A stretch of DNA of 64,000 nucleotides from IMG/VR virus record IMGVR_UViG_3300025133_000025; one strand, written 5' to 3'. A program made the position numbers and the translations under genes. The notes beneath the pieces are model-generated. The model saw only the letters and a list, made by a program, of their open reading frames with translations, was not told the origin of the DNA and made no database searches. Numbering within the stretch: the stretch's first letter is position 1; every line of letters begins with the position of its first letter. This DNA comes from a virus. Taxonomy: Duplodnaviria; Heunggongvirae; Uroviricota; Caudoviricetes. Below, in pieces: positions 1 to 9,410 of this stretch.

Positions 1-156
1 TGCAACCTCAGCCTCCGGCTGGCGTACCCGTAGAAGAGTGGCACCGCTTTGTTGCTGTCCGTGAAGCCGAGGGAATGCGAGGAAGCTGATAATGGATTAC
101 GACCTTGAAGATAAGAGCTGCCCCGACCACGAGCTGTTGCCGGGGAGGAAGTAGCC

Positions 157-435
157 ATGAGGCACCTGATTGAAGACCTGGGGACCGCCCTCTGCGAGGG
201 CCAGGAAACCCTCAGCCTGACCCACCACCTGTCGGGCGAGACCGGGGTCTTCACCTGGAACAAGAAGAAGTACGAGTTCTGGCCCTTGCAGGCCGTTGAC
301 GTGATTCGCCGGGTGACCAAGCACACCCTCGCCAAGCCGCACAAGGTTGAGGCCGAAGCCGAGAAGAACGTGGAGCGGGGCGGGGCCTGGTACATCGGAC
401 TCAGGCTTGCCGGTGGGAAGTGGGTCAAGGAGTAG
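157..435 (+). CDS. hypothetical protein (first 12 aa and RBS duplicated in next ORF); lies in GC-rich island
   Basis: ORF track 92 aa; GGAAGTAGCC-ATG context; GC about 65 percent. Confidence 0.4.
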   Translation: MRHLIEDLGTALCEGQETLSLTHHLSGETGVFTWNKKKYEFWPLQAVDVIRRVTKHTLAKPHKVEAEAEKNVERGGAWYIGLRLAGGKWVKE

Positions 436-437
436 CC

Positions 438-761
438 ATGAGGCGCTTGATCGAGAACCTCCAAGACGCTCTCACGGAGTCTGCCTCGGCTGCGATGGAT
501 GCGGTCCAGGCGGAGTTCAAGGACGCCTCGGTCCACTCGTCGGTGGTCATCGCGAGCCTCGGGATCAAGAAGGGCCTGATGGGCGCGCCGCGTGAGGAAT
601 TGGGTGAGGGATGGTGCGCCACTGTAGAGCCTCCACACTGTGGACTAAACGTGTGGTGTGTATTCATCCACCTTGAGGAACAACGTCCAATTCAGGGAAC
701 AGAATATAATGGAGCCACTGAAGGTGAAGCCATCCTCGCTGCAATTCTAGGACAGTCATGA
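438..761 (+). CDS. hypothetical protein; start taken at MRRLIENL, a near-copy of the upstream gene start
   Basis: AAGGAGTAGCC-ATG RBS; ORF runs across the GC-rich to AT-richer boundary, so the 3' part is doubtful. Confidence 0.3.
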   Translation: MRRLIENLQDALTESASAAMDAVQAEFKDASVHSSVVIASLGIKKGLMGAPREELGEGWCATVEPPHCGLNVWCVFIHLEEQRPIQGTEYNGATEGEAILAAILGQS

Positions 762-867
762 CAGTGCTTAGAGCTTTTTTGATTTGCGCGCTGAGCGGAT
801 GCATCGGCGTGCATTATGATGGTGATCATTATCTGATGCGTTGTGCGAAGATCACAATCACATAGTA

Positions 868-896
868 TTTCCGCATAAAACTTGTTGTTGTATAAT
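868..896 (+). promoter_or_regulatory. phage promoter motif TTTCCG-N14-TTGTATAAT
   Basis: TTTCCG at 868-873, extended -10 TGTATAAT about 891-896, 50 nt upstream of the 947 start. Confidence 0.45.
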
Positions 897-946
897 AAAG
901 ACAGGCAGGCAATCACCTGTTTAAACGTTAACCTGGAGAGAGATCG

Positions 947-1237
947 ATGAAGGGTACTTTTGCAAGCGGCCGAGTGAATCCCAACAACCCGCCGGGATAT
1001 CGCAATTCAACGCCAACACATCCTTATGCGTTGGCACGTAAAGAGTCAGCTGCCGAACGCCAGGTTGAGCGTGATGCGCGCAGTCCTGAACAGCAGCTGG
1101 CGTTGTTGGACAAGCGACGAGGGAACAGTGCAAAGGAGCGTGCTCGGCTTGAAGCACAGATTGCTGCAGCGTTGCCGAAGGAAAAGCCAAAGAAGGAGCG
1201 GCAGCCCAAGAAGAAGCGCGGCGAGGGGAAGAAGTGA
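947..1237 (+). CDS. small basic K/R/E-rich protein (possible nucleic-acid binding)
   Basis: 96 aa, GGAGAGAGATCG-ATG RBS; C-terminal KEKPKKERQPKKKRGEGKK tail. Confidence 0.55.
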   Translation: MKGTFASGRVNPNNPPGYRNSTPTHPYALARKESAAERQVERDARSPEQQLALLDKRRGNSAKERARLEAQIAAALPKEKPKKERQPKKKRGEGKK

Positions 1238-1523
1238 ATCGCAAAACTGAAGATGAAAAGCCTGAGGTTGAGGTTGTGTTTGCGGCAGCAAATCATGATG
1301 CGCAGGTGAATGTTATCCGCGCACTCCTTCAGGACAAGCAGGAAGCAGGGGTAGAAGCTATGCTTGCAGCTGGCATGATTACAGAAGAGCAGATTCGGAT
1401 TGCCAAGCTATGAGTTGGGCGGATGCATTTTGTATCGTTGGCGCAACATGGGCGATTGTCTGGATGATTGTTCAGCTTAATCGTGATCTTTAGCTGACCG
1501 CCGAAGGTCCTGGACGCAGCAAG

Positions 1524-1562
1524 TTTCCGCATCCAAGCTGTTGTGATAAAATAGAATTACCA
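1524..1562 (+). promoter_or_regulatory. phage promoter motif TTTCCG-N14-TGTGATAAAAT
   Basis: same spacing and architecture as the other copies; precedes the 1583 gene. Confidence 0.45.
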
Positions 1563-1582
1563 ATTGAGGTAAGGGAGTTAGA

Positions 1583-1981
1583 ATGGCCAAGCGCAAGTGG
1601 AGCCCTGGAAGCCGTGTCAATCGTCAGCACTTGGGAACGATGCTGTCCCGTGGCGATGAAGATTACATTGCCTTTGTTGCAGCAATCTTCGCTGCAAAGA
1701 GTGAGGGTGATGTTGAGAAACTTGAAACGCTAATTGAGCAGGGTAAGAAGATGGAATATCTTCCCTTTGATGCCCTCGAACGTGTCACTGGAAGTGCCAC
1801 CTCTGCTGTTGAAGTTGCCCGGGCTGCAGCTGCCAACGGTGCCCGCCAGCTTGTCTTTAGCCTCTTGCAGAGCGGCCTCGATGATGCTGTTCAGTCATTG
1901 ATCGATGATGAAAGCCAGCCTTATGTGACTGAGGAATCTGTTGCAGAATGGCGAGAGCTGCTTAAGGCAGCTAGCTCGTAG
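1583..1981 (+). CDS. hypothetical protein, paralog of 8446..8871
   Basis: AAGGGAG RBS; shared N-terminal pattern RKWSPGSRVNRQHLGTMLSRGDEDYIAFV versus RKSRWSGRSATNTSHLQNMLRGGDVEYFTAV. Confidence 0.6.
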   Translation: MAKRKWSPGSRVNRQHLGTMLSRGDEDYIAFVAAIFAAKSEGDVEKLETLIEQGKKMEYLPFDALERVTGSATSAVEVARAAAANGARQLVFSLLQSGLDDAVQSLIDDESQPYVTEESVAEWRELLKAASS

Positions 1982-2050
1982 AGTAAATTGATTGCTGTGT
2001 GAAGTGTTTCATGCAACAAAACTACAGACAGAGAAGAGAGAATAAGAAGC

Positions 2051-2887
2051 ATGAGTGATTTTGATTTTGTTGACTTTAACCTCACGCCTGGTGCCACAGA
2101 TTTTCCAGAGGAATTTCTTCGCCGAGCGTTTGCTGTTGCAGTCACACCTTTTGCAGAAGAGCATAGTGGCATCGTTTTTGACGATGCCCGTAATGCTATT
2201 AATACCCTATTGATTGGACTTGTTGAGCAGAGCGGCGATGTGTTTGAGATTGGATTCAACGCCGGAATTCCGGATGTGTCTACTGCGAACATCTACGCAT
2301 TGTTTTTGCTTCACTGGAAGTGTGATGATTTTGGGTGCACTGCATGTGCTGCGCCCAGTGTGATTGCAAGCCGTGTGAAGTTCCATGGTGATTTCAATCG
2401 TGAAACTGCGATTGCTGACCTCAACGCTGCGATTTCTTTTGCATACGATGGAATGGATGATGTGCTTGACAGCACAAATCCTGCCGGCGGAGCAAACCCT
2501 GCAGGGATTCTCGGTATCCCGCCCAGTGGACCTGACTTCGGGTCCAGCAAGGACGGAATGATGTCAAGCCTGATTGACTTGGCATTGCCGGGAGCGGCGC
2601 TGTACAACGCAACTGCAGCTGCAATTGTGGCCGTGGCCGAAGAGTCTGGTAACAGTCTTGATGCTGTGATTGCAAGGATGGAAGCGGATACTGGGATTAC
2701 AGTTCCCGCGGAAGTTCACACAGCGCTGCGTGATGAAACGTATCCCGGAGGTGCAAACAGCAATATCTCTGCGGAAGAGTTCTACGGCGTGACAGAGAAG
2801 CTCTTTGGTTTGCAGCCGCCCGGAGCGCCCTCTGCAGACTTCCGACTGTCCGAGGCCCCTGACGGAACGTTCAGCTTCGAAAACTAG
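2051..2887 (+). CDS. hypothetical protein 278 aa
   Basis: long ORF, AAGAGAGAATAAGAAGC-ATG RBS, followed by strong hairpin. Confidence 0.6.
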   Translation: MSDFDFVDFNLTPGATDFPEEFLRRAFAVAVTPFAEEHSGIVFDDARNAINTLLIGLVEQSGDVFEIGFNAGIPDVSTANIYALFLLHWKCDDFGCTACAAPSVIASRVKFHGDFNRETAIADLNAAISFAYDGMDDVLDSTNPAGGANPAGILGIPPSGPDFGSSKDGMMSSLIDLALPGAALYNATAAAIVAVAEESGNSLDAVIARMEADTGITVPAEVHTALRDETYPGGANSNISAEEFYGVTEKLFGLQPPGAPSADFRLSEAPDGTFSFEN

Positions 2888-2896
2888 TTTGCTGCA

Positions 2897-2934
2897 TGTG
2901 CACAGGGTCAGTTATATAACTGACCCTGTGCACA
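2897..2934 (+). terminator. perfect 18-bp inverted repeat hairpin (TGTGCACAGGGTCAGTTATA / TATAACTGACCCTGTGCACA)
   Basis: seen directly after the 2887 stop; no T-run, so could also be a protein-binding palindrome. Confidence 0.5.
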
Positions 2935-2940
2935 ATTGGA

Positions 2941-3591
2941 ATGACTATGAAGTTTGATGCCGCCACATTTAAGTTCACAAGTAAGACTGACATCTCTTCA
3001 CTTGGTGATGAGTGGTGGGAGATGTGGGAGCGCCTTGTTGGCGCAACAGAAGTTGTTGAACGCGCCCGGGTCACTGGGAAAATTACAAGTGCCCCCGAGC
3101 TGGAAGATAGTTTGGCAAAAATTGTGAGCTTTCTGCGCATGATGATGATGGGCTGGTTGATCGCATACCTTGGTGATGCTGATCCCAGTGAGCTCCGCAA
3201 GTCGATGGCTGCCCATGATCTCCCTGTCGATGATAAGCTGTTTGAAGCCAATTACGTTATGTTTCTTTTCTTCTGGAATTGTGGAACAGACTGTGGCATT
3301 TGCATTTTGCCAAATTCAAACGAGCGTCAAAAGCTTATGGATGAATTCAATGCGCACGGATCCGCAGAGGCAATCAAGTTTGCAACAACGGTTCTGCGTG
3401 GACGAGCACTCGGTGCTATAACTGAGATGCAAGAAGAAATGGGGCTTGTTCCCGCAGGAACTGCAAAGCTTGTTACAGCCATGCAGGAAGCAATCGGCAG
3501 TAATGACATTGACAATCTGTCAGACGACGCCAGGACTGGGCTTGAATTGAGTGCACTATGGTCATCAACAGTAGAAGCAGGAGAAGCCTGA
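2941..3591 (+). CDS. hypothetical protein 216 aa
   Basis: ORF track; begins right after hairpin. Confidence 0.55.
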   Translation: MTMKFDAATFKFTSKTDISSLGDEWWEMWERLVGATEVVERARVTGKITSAPELEDSLAKIVSFLRMMMMGWLIAYLGDADPSELRKSMAAHDLPVDDKLFEANYVMFLFFWNCGTDCGICILPNSNERQKLMDEFNAHGSAEAIKFATTVLRGRALGAITEMQEEMGLVPAGTAKLVTAMQEAIGSNDIDNLSDDARTGLELSALWSSTVEAGEA

Positions 3592-3763
3592 TGCTTAGTC
3601 ATCTTTTCAATTGTCACAATGAATGGACCGGAGTGCTTGTGGCACTTGGTATGCTACCATTCATTGGACCTTGGGTGCGAATTAAGTTGTGTTCGCTGAA
3701 GGACCACTTCCAGGACCGCACGCACGGTCACGATCACACACCTCACAACCACTAGGAAAAAAC

Positions 3764-4009
3764 ATGTCTGAAAGTAAGAGTACTGCGACAGCTTCTGGCG
3801 GAGGCCTTGGCTGCCTCGGCCTCATTATCATCCTTAGCCTGGTCGCTTGGGCTGGCCTTGAGATGGAGCCGCGGCCCGCTGTTTGGTGGGGAATCAAGTG
3901 GACGCTTTATACGTATCTTGCATTCTTTGGAATCATCATTGCAATCGCACTTGGTGTGATTGGTCTAGGAATGGGTGGATCAAATCGTCGGAACAAGAGG
4001 GGTTGGTAA
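3764..4009 (+). CDS. small membrane protein (two hydrophobic helices)
   Basis: internal ATG with GGAAAAAAC-ATG; LGCLGLIIILSLVAWAGL and YLAFFGIIIAIALGVIGLGMG segments. Confidence 0.5.
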   Translation: MSESKSTATASGGGLGCLGLIIILSLVAWAGLEMEPRPAVWWGIKWTLYTYLAFFGIIIAIALGVIGLGMGGSNRRNKRGW

Positions 4010-4055
4010 ATGCTTCTCGATCTTGGCGCAGAGCTTGTGCTCCTCAACAAGGTAG

Positions 4056-4379
4056 TTGTCTTTCACCTCTATGGTATTGTTGAACTGTGACATGGAAGAT
4101 ACCGTAAACGTTCGTATTTTTCTAGCAGAAGGAGATGATATTGCTATCTCCGCTGCAGTTCGAGCAGCCAGGGATGTTGTCGGAACTGAGGTTTCATCTC
4201 CTGGTGAAATTCTGGCCATGCAAGACGCGACGGTCGAATTTCATGACAACGTTCATCAGGTCTGGTTTGTTTCGCCTGTTGATCGCCATGCTGACCCTGG
4301 CGCAATTGCCCCTTATTGGATGAAGCAATTGTCCCAGGATGATTATTTGGCTGCCAAGCTTGAGTTTCTCAGAGAGTGA
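4056..4379 (+). CDS. hypothetical protein
   Basis: ORF track 107 aa; weak RBS. Confidence 0.35.
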   Translation: MSFTSMVLLNCDMEDTVNVRIFLAEGDDIAISAAVRAARDVVGTEVSSPGEILAMQDATVEFHDNVHQVWFVSPVDRHADPGAIAPYWMKQLSQDDYLAAKLEFLRE

Positions 4380-4605
4380 AGAGATTTACGACCAAAACTG
4401 AAGATCAGCGCGGCGTCATTTATGACCTTGGATTGGGGCAAAGAATTGCTTCTCCAAATTGGCCAGTAAATGTGTGGACAGAACAGGTTTCTGGTTCCAG
4501 ACAACGGGTCAAGTCATCAAAATTGAAGACTGTAAAGCAACTGGTGAATGACTAATCGTGTTGGCGGCGTGCTAAATAAAAAGCTGACTTGAGCAGGCTT
4601 TTAGG

Positions 4606-4634
4606 TTTCCGCGCTCGATAACATGTGGTAAAAT
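4606..4634 (+). promoter_or_regulatory. phage promoter motif TTTCCG-N14-TGGTAAAAT
   Basis: identical architecture to the 1524 copy; 25 nt upstream of the 4660 ATG. Confidence 0.45.
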
Positions 4635-4659
4635 AGAAATAGGAAATGAGGAGTTAGCA

Positions 4660-4830
4660 ATGCATCCTGCAGCAATTATCTACATCGTTCTCACGTGTCT
4701 CGGCTTGTACCGTAGCGCCATTAAGGATGGTGAATATGAGCAAATCAGTTTTGGTGTTACAGTCTTTAGTACTGTTATCATTTTGGCGCTCCTCATGTGG
4801 GGAGGATTCTTCTCTGTGGGCGGCAGGTGA
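4660..4830 (+). CDS. small membrane protein (56 aa, below ORF-track cutoff)
   Basis: strong RBS AGGAAATGAGGAG 7 nt before ATG; hydrophobic IIYIVLTCLGLY and VIILALLMWGGFF. Confidence 0.45.
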   Translation: MHPAAIIYIVLTCLGLYRSAIKDGEYEQISFGVTVFSTVIILALLMWGGFFSVGGR

Positions 4831-5062
4831 TGCGGTGCCTACAGGGCAGGTGCCGTTCGCTGCGGCACAATGAGCACCCTTGGTGTCTGTGGTGTCGAAG
4901 GGCAAATCCTGAGGGGGCAAGTGCTGCGGAGGCATCATGGAAGCGAGCGCGCACTCCACCCAGCAACACATTCGAATATGAAAGTGATTGGATCGTAGGG
5001 GTTGATGAACATCCACTGTACGACACACTAGATGAAAAGACTGACTACGGAGAAATAAACGG

Positions 5063-5389
5063 GTGGGACGACTAAGCAATCAAATTGTTGCAACTGCCAT
5101 TTCGGAGGCAAGGAAGTCGCCGCATGTACATTCTCACCATGGTGCAGTTTTACTTCTTAAGGATGGACATGTTCTTCGTGGTTACAACCATGGACTTACC
5201 CACGCAGAAAAGCATGTTGTAATCAAGGCAGGGTCTCGTGCTTATGACGCTGAGCTTGTTGTTGTTCGTATTCGTGCTGACAATAGCCTGACAAACAGTA
5301 AGCCTTGTGTTAACTGCATGAAGCTCATTAAGAAGTATAGTCTCTCAACATGGTACAGTAATGGCGAAGGAATTGTCGTCAAGCTTTAA
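5063..5389 (+). CDS. cytidine/deoxycytidylate-deaminase-fold zinc enzyme
   Basis: HAE ... PCVNCMKL zinc-binding signature (CDA fold); 108 aa. Confidence 0.55.
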   Translation: MGRLSNQIVATAISEARKSPHVHSHHGAVLLLKDGHVLRGYNHGLTHAEKHVVIKAGSRAYDAELVVVRIRADNSLTNSKPCVNCMKLIKKYSLSTWYSNGEGIVVKL

Positions 5390-5639
5390 GATGCCCCAAT
5401 TTACAGAATACAAGCTTGAATTAGATCAGCTTTTTGGACTGCAGGTTCAAGAGCAGAGCGAAGCAAGAATGCTCTTGGCGCGCCAGCTTCATTGGCGCAT
5501 GTGTATGGCAAGCGGTTCAGCAGATTGGCAGCGCGAATTACCTGAATTTGCAGCAGCCCTGTCGCCTTTGGCGGCACACCCAAATTTCCCGCATGCTCCT
5601 GGCATGCTCATCTTGAGTAAGAAAGAAAGAAATGAATAG
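5361..5639 (+). CDS. hypothetical protein
   Basis: ORF track 92 aa. Confidence 0.3.
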   Translation: MAKELSSSFKMPQFTEYKLELDQLFGLQVQEQSEARMLLARQLHWRMCMASGSADWQRELPEFAAALSPLAAHPNFPHAPGMLILSKKERNE

Positions 5640-5835
5640 TCCTAAGTATCTTGTGACCATGCCCGCTTACCCGCCCAAGAATGCGCCTGGCTCTGTTGCC
5701 AAGCAATGGCCGCGTAGGACTGGAATCGTTTTCTCCAATCGCAGTGAAGCAGCAGACTATGTTCGTAATAGTGATTCTGCTCGGCAGATTGCAGGACCCT
5801 TTCTTATTCGCAGGCTTGACAATCAGGAGGCGTAA
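5632..5835 (+). CDS. hypothetical protein
   Basis: ORF track 67 aa; 4-nt overlaps with neighbours on both sides. Confidence 0.3.
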   Translation: MNSPKYLVTMPAYPPKNAPGSVAKQWPRRTGIVFSNRSEAADYVRNSDSARQIAGPFLIRRLDNQEA

Positions 5836-6293
5836 TGGTTGACTGGACTGCTGAGCGAAAGAGGCTGGCTGTGGAGTTGGTAACTAACTTCGCAAAATAC
5901 TCCCGTGAGTATACGCTTAAGATTGGCGAACTACTTGAGCAAGATGAAGTTGATGTCACGCACGTTCTCAGTATTCTCTATGGAGTTTTGCGTGAAGGTG
6001 AATTGATGGTGGCAGATCTTCTGCCTTATGTGAATGACAACACACTTGATGAGGCGAGAACTGCTGCAACTCTAATGCAAAGTCTCAATGAGCTGGCTCG
6101 CACAATCATGATGACACGCTTGTTCAAGGGATCATGGGCCGCTTTGCTGATTGCTGCTGTGCCAGAAATCAACGACTACATTGGTTTGACGTGCATTGGT
6201 GAAAGTGAGGTAATCTTGCCATTGCCGCGGGCGGCCAGTGATGATGTCGTTGACTTGGCAGGAATCCCGGATGATTTGTCGGAGCTACTATGA
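5835..6293 (+). CDS. hypothetical protein 152 aa
   Basis: ORF track; ATGA-type overlap with upstream stop. Confidence 0.5.
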   Translation: MVDWTAERKRLAVELVTNFAKYSREYTLKIGELLEQDEVDVTHVLSILYGVLREGELMVADLLPYVNDNTLDEARTAATLMQSLNELARTIMMTRLFKGSWAALLIAAVPEINDYIGLTCIGESEVILPLPRAASDDVVDLAGIPDDLSELL

Positions 6294-6556
6294 CAGACAT
6301 TCGTGTTGCATATGCAATTCTCAGTCCATCAGGCGATAGAATTTCGCTAAATGACATAGTGGTGATGCCACGATCCACGCGATTGTGTGAGGCTGGGGGT
6401 GACCCAAAGCGTCAGCCTCTAAGAATTGGTGTTGTTGTTGGATTTCGAAAGAAGAAAGAAAGAACGTGGGTCATTGCGCAGAGCAATGGTAACCTATGGG
6501 ATATTCTTGTAGAAGATGTTGTGCTGGAGGAGAATGATAATGACAAGCCCTTTTGA
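6290..6556 (+). CDS. hypothetical protein 88 aa
   Basis: ORF track; overlapping stop/start. Confidence 0.45.
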   Translation: MTDIRVAYAILSPSGDRISLNDIVVMPRSTRLCEAGGDPKRQPLRIGVVVGFRKKKERTWVIAQSNGNLWDILVEDVVLEENDNDKPF

Positions 6557-7412
6557 AAATTTCACTTTCAACGGGAACTATGAGGACTTCCTGACTGGTG
6601 TGAGTCTTGAAGCAGCAAGTTCAAATATTCTCATTGATACCACTGCTTGGAGCGTGCCATCTACAGACGATGTTGTTTTTCTAAGCGACTTCATCAACAG
6701 TCTTCGTGTTGCTTTTCGTAATGGTGTGTCGCTAGACACTGCAGCAAAGGCTGATCTTGAATGGATCGTGGCGCAAATTGACAATGGCACACCAGCTGGT
6801 GTGCTTGTTAAATTTGTAAAGGCACGAGGATGTGATGGCTTTACAAACGAGGTTAAGCGCCAGCTGGCCGAGGCTGGACTTGATTGGGACGTGGCTGTAG
6901 AGGCTGCACAAGCAGCTGTTATTCAAAGCACAACAGTCGGGGGAGGTTACACAGCGAAGGGCACTTGGGTACCCCCTGTGATTCCTGCTCCAAAGCGCGG
7001 CGTTAACCCAGCAGGTGACGCTGGGTACCTGCTTTTTGTGAGTGACATTCAGGTTGAGCCTGACGAAATACCGATGGTGAAGAAGCTACTGATTAACGCA
7101 GTTCATGCTCAAATGATTTCCTTTGCTGATTACAAGTACCTGAGTGAGACTGTACTTGGTTCAACGCAGGCAAGCGAAAAGCAGAAGGTAGACGGGATCA
7201 TTATGTTTATTGAGCGGAAGGCTGCAGGGCGGGTGACTGCGGCGGCCCCACCGTCAGTGACGTCAATAGAAAAATGGGCGCCGCAGGAAAGCAATGTGAC
7301 AGCAGCACTTGAAGCTGCTGTCAAGGGAATTGGGAACCAGACTATCTTCACTGTTCTGCCACAAATTGATTCATTTGGACTGCCAGCGAAAGGTCGGCTG
7401 CTGCCGAATTAA
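6516..7412 (+). CDS. hypothetical protein 298 aa
   Basis: ORF track. Confidence 0.5.
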   Translation: MLCWRRMIMTSPFENFTFNGNYEDFLTGVSLEAASSNILIDTTAWSVPSTDDVVFLSDFINSLRVAFRNGVSLDTAAKADLEWIVAQIDNGTPAGVLVKFVKARGCDGFTNEVKRQLAEAGLDWDVAVEAAQAAVIQSTTVGGGYTAKGTWVPPVIPAPKRGVNPAGDAGYLLFVSDIQVEPDEIPMVKKLLINAVHAQMISFADYKYLSETVLGSTQASEKQKVDGIIMFIERKAAGRVTAAAPPSVTSIEKWAPQESNVTAALEAAVKGIGNQTIFTVLPQIDSFGLPAKGRLLPN

Positions 7413-7416
7413 GCGC

Positions 7417-8139
7417 ATGATTAAAGTTCTACATGCAAGCGATTTGCATGGATACTATTGGAATAAGCTGTGGGCAACTCCTGGACAAGATTTTGATCTT
7501 GTTCTGCTAACTGGAGACATGCTTCCAAATTGGCACCGGGGACCTGCGGGTGGCAAAGAGGGTGATAAGCAGAAAGCCTGGCTTCTTGAAAAAGATAAGC
7601 CAAAGCATGCGACCCATAGGCTTGGTATGGCCATGGAAGCCTTTGGTGATGTTCCTATTGTTGTTGTTGATGGCAACCATGATTTCTTCTGCCTGGGCGA
7701 CTTTATGCTTGAGCAGGGGTATGAAAATGTGTATCCCATCAAGCGCGGAATTGTGCATGAATTGCTAGGCCATCGAATCACCGGCTTTCCCAATATCAAT
7801 TGGATTGCAGGCGAGTGGGCTCATGAAACACGAGCGCCAGAACTCGCTGAATTGTGTGAAGAATTGCTGGCGCAGCACCCAACATTGATTGCCAATCATG
7901 CGCCATTGTCTGGGTATCTTGATAATGGTTATGGTATTCGAGCCATGCCACACTTGCTCCATTATCGGCAGTCTGATTGGGTGCAGTACTATTTCCACGG
8001 CCATGTGCACGAGCATGGTGGAAAAACTACGTATGCTGAGCTAGGCGGTCTGGAAGATGTCGACACGTTTGTTGTTCAGATCTTCAACGGAGCAACAACA
8101 GTAAAGATTCATGAGATTGAAGAAGGTCCGTTCGTATGA
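7417..8139 (+). CDS. calcineurin-like metallophosphoesterase
   Basis: IKVLHASDLHG ... LTGDM ... VVVDGNHDFF motifs; start taken at internal ATG just after the upstream stop. Confidence 0.7.
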   Translation: MIKVLHASDLHGYYWNKLWATPGQDFDLVLLTGDMLPNWHRGPAGGKEGDKQKAWLLEKDKPKHATHRLGMAMEAFGDVPIVVVDGNHDFFCLGDFMLEQGYENVYPIKRGIVHELLGHRITGFPNINWIAGEWAHETRAPELAELCEELLAQHPTLIANHAPLSGYLDNGYGIRAMPHLLHYRQSDWVQYYFHGHVHEHGGKTTYAELGGLEDVDTFVVQIFNGATTVKIHEIEEGPFV

Positions 8140-8354
8140 TTAACATTGGAGACGTTTGGGTACTCAGCGATGGCTCCCGTTTTGTTGTTCAAGGATTTGA
8201 AGACAGTGGTGACGTCGTCATCGGTGTGATGTTTTCAAATTTGGGAATTACGCTTCGAGCTGAAAAGATCCTTGCTATCGAACTGAAGGACCCAGCGCTG
8301 CTTCTTATTCGCGGTGGTTGTCCTGAGCCAATGAAGGCGATTATTTCCGCATAA
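8136..8354 (+). CDS. hypothetical protein
   Basis: ORF track 72 aa, overlapping start. Confidence 0.4.
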   Translation: MINIGDVWVLSDGSRFVVQGFEDSGDVVIGVMFSNLGITLRAEKILAIELKDPALLLIRGGCPEPMKAIISA

Positions 8355-8445
8355 CATACAACGAATTATAATATAAAAGAACAGGGGTTACGGTGAATTT
8401 GTTGCCGTGAAATCCAAACTAGGCCTGACACGAAAGGAACTTCAA

Positions 8446-8871
8446 ATGTCTGGCAATAAGAGTGAGAACACGTCCGCTCCGAGTATCACCCCCACGCGCA
8501 AGTCGCGTTGGAGTGGCCGCTCGGCTACCAACACCAGTCACCTGCAGAACATGCTGCGTGGCGGAGATGTTGAGTACTTCACCGCTGTTAGCGAAGGCTT
8601 TGGTCTCGCTGCTGGCGGTGACATCGAGGCTGCTGTCTCGTCGCTCGGGGACTTCCTTCCCGAAGGCGCAATCGGCTTCATCACGGCTACCAACTCCCGT
8701 CAGTCGAAGGCGGAGGTTGCTGCCGCGGCCAGCTCGGAAGCACGATCTGACATGATTCGCAAGATGTTCTCGTCGAACGTCCTCGCGGGTGCAATTGCTG
8801 CTGGCGTGGTTACCGATGATGAGGCGAAGGCTGCCCTCGATGATGAGCAGTACGCCAGCCTGCAGGCTTAA
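8446..8871 (+). CDS. hypothetical protein, paralog of 1583..1981; somewhat GC-enriched
   Basis: GAAAGGAAC RBS; paralogy noted above; hairpin downstream. Confidence 0.6.
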   Translation: MSGNKSENTSAPSITPTRKSRWSGRSATNTSHLQNMLRGGDVEYFTAVSEGFGLAAGGDIEAAVSSLGDFLPEGAIGFITATNSRQSKAEVAAAASSEARSDMIRKMFSSNVLAGAIAAGVVTDDEAKAALDDEQYASLQA

Positions 8872-8883
8872 TAAACCTGCGTA

Positions 8884-8906
8884 AATAACTACTGCATGGT
8901 AGTTAT
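8884..8906 (+). terminator. hairpin AATAACTAC-TGCATG-GTAGTTAT
   Basis: 8-bp stem right after the 8871 stop; no T-tract. Confidence 0.35.
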
Positions 8907-9044
8907 GGGGCTCCAGGGAAGACGCAGGGTACTGGAGAAGACCAGCGAAGGAATGTGGTAAGAGCGAACCTCTTACCCGGGAACGTTGGACAGGAACGTG
9001 AAATTCGTTCATCCCTTCAAAACAATCAACTTTGAGAGATACAA

Positions 9045-9410
9045 ATGACTCCAGCAGAATGGGCAGAGCAGAAGAGGTTGCAGAAGCGTGCAAAGACGCG
9101 GCGTGAAGATTTCACTCCCAATCCGTCCAAGCGCTTTGTTGCCAACCTTGATCGTGAGCTTGAGGAGGCTGTGCAGCTTGCTGAGGCTGGCGGCCCGTGG
9201 TTTGTGGCCATGGAAGTGCTGGAGCGGCGAGCTGCGCTCATGCAGCATCAAACGTTTCAGATCGTGAATGTCACCAACGATGATGGCACGAACGAACAGG
9301 ACATCATCATTCATGCAGACCATGACGACATCGATATCGGTGCGTTCTTCGGTCGCATGAGCGCAGCGAAGAACCGCGATGGCCAAGGACAAGAAGAAGC
9401 AGGCGCGTAA
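9045..9410 (+). CDS. hypothetical protein 121 aa
   Basis: ORF track; a 59-aa basic ORF in another frame overlaps its 3' end. Confidence 0.45.
   Translation: MTPAEWAEQKRLQKRAKTRREDFTPNPSKRFVANLDRELEEAVQLAEAGGPWFVAMEVLERRAALMQHQTFQIVNVTNDDGTNEQDIIIHADHDDIDIGAFFGRMSAAKNRDGQGQEEAGA

Noticed and set aside
4654-5079. 141-aa minus-strand ORF and 92-aa plus-strand ORF (4797..5075) from the six-frame track
   Set aside because: Their translations are low-complexity and Arg/Cys-rich. They overlap a better-supported small plus-strand membrane ORF with a strong RBS and a conserved promoter. They are likely spurious.
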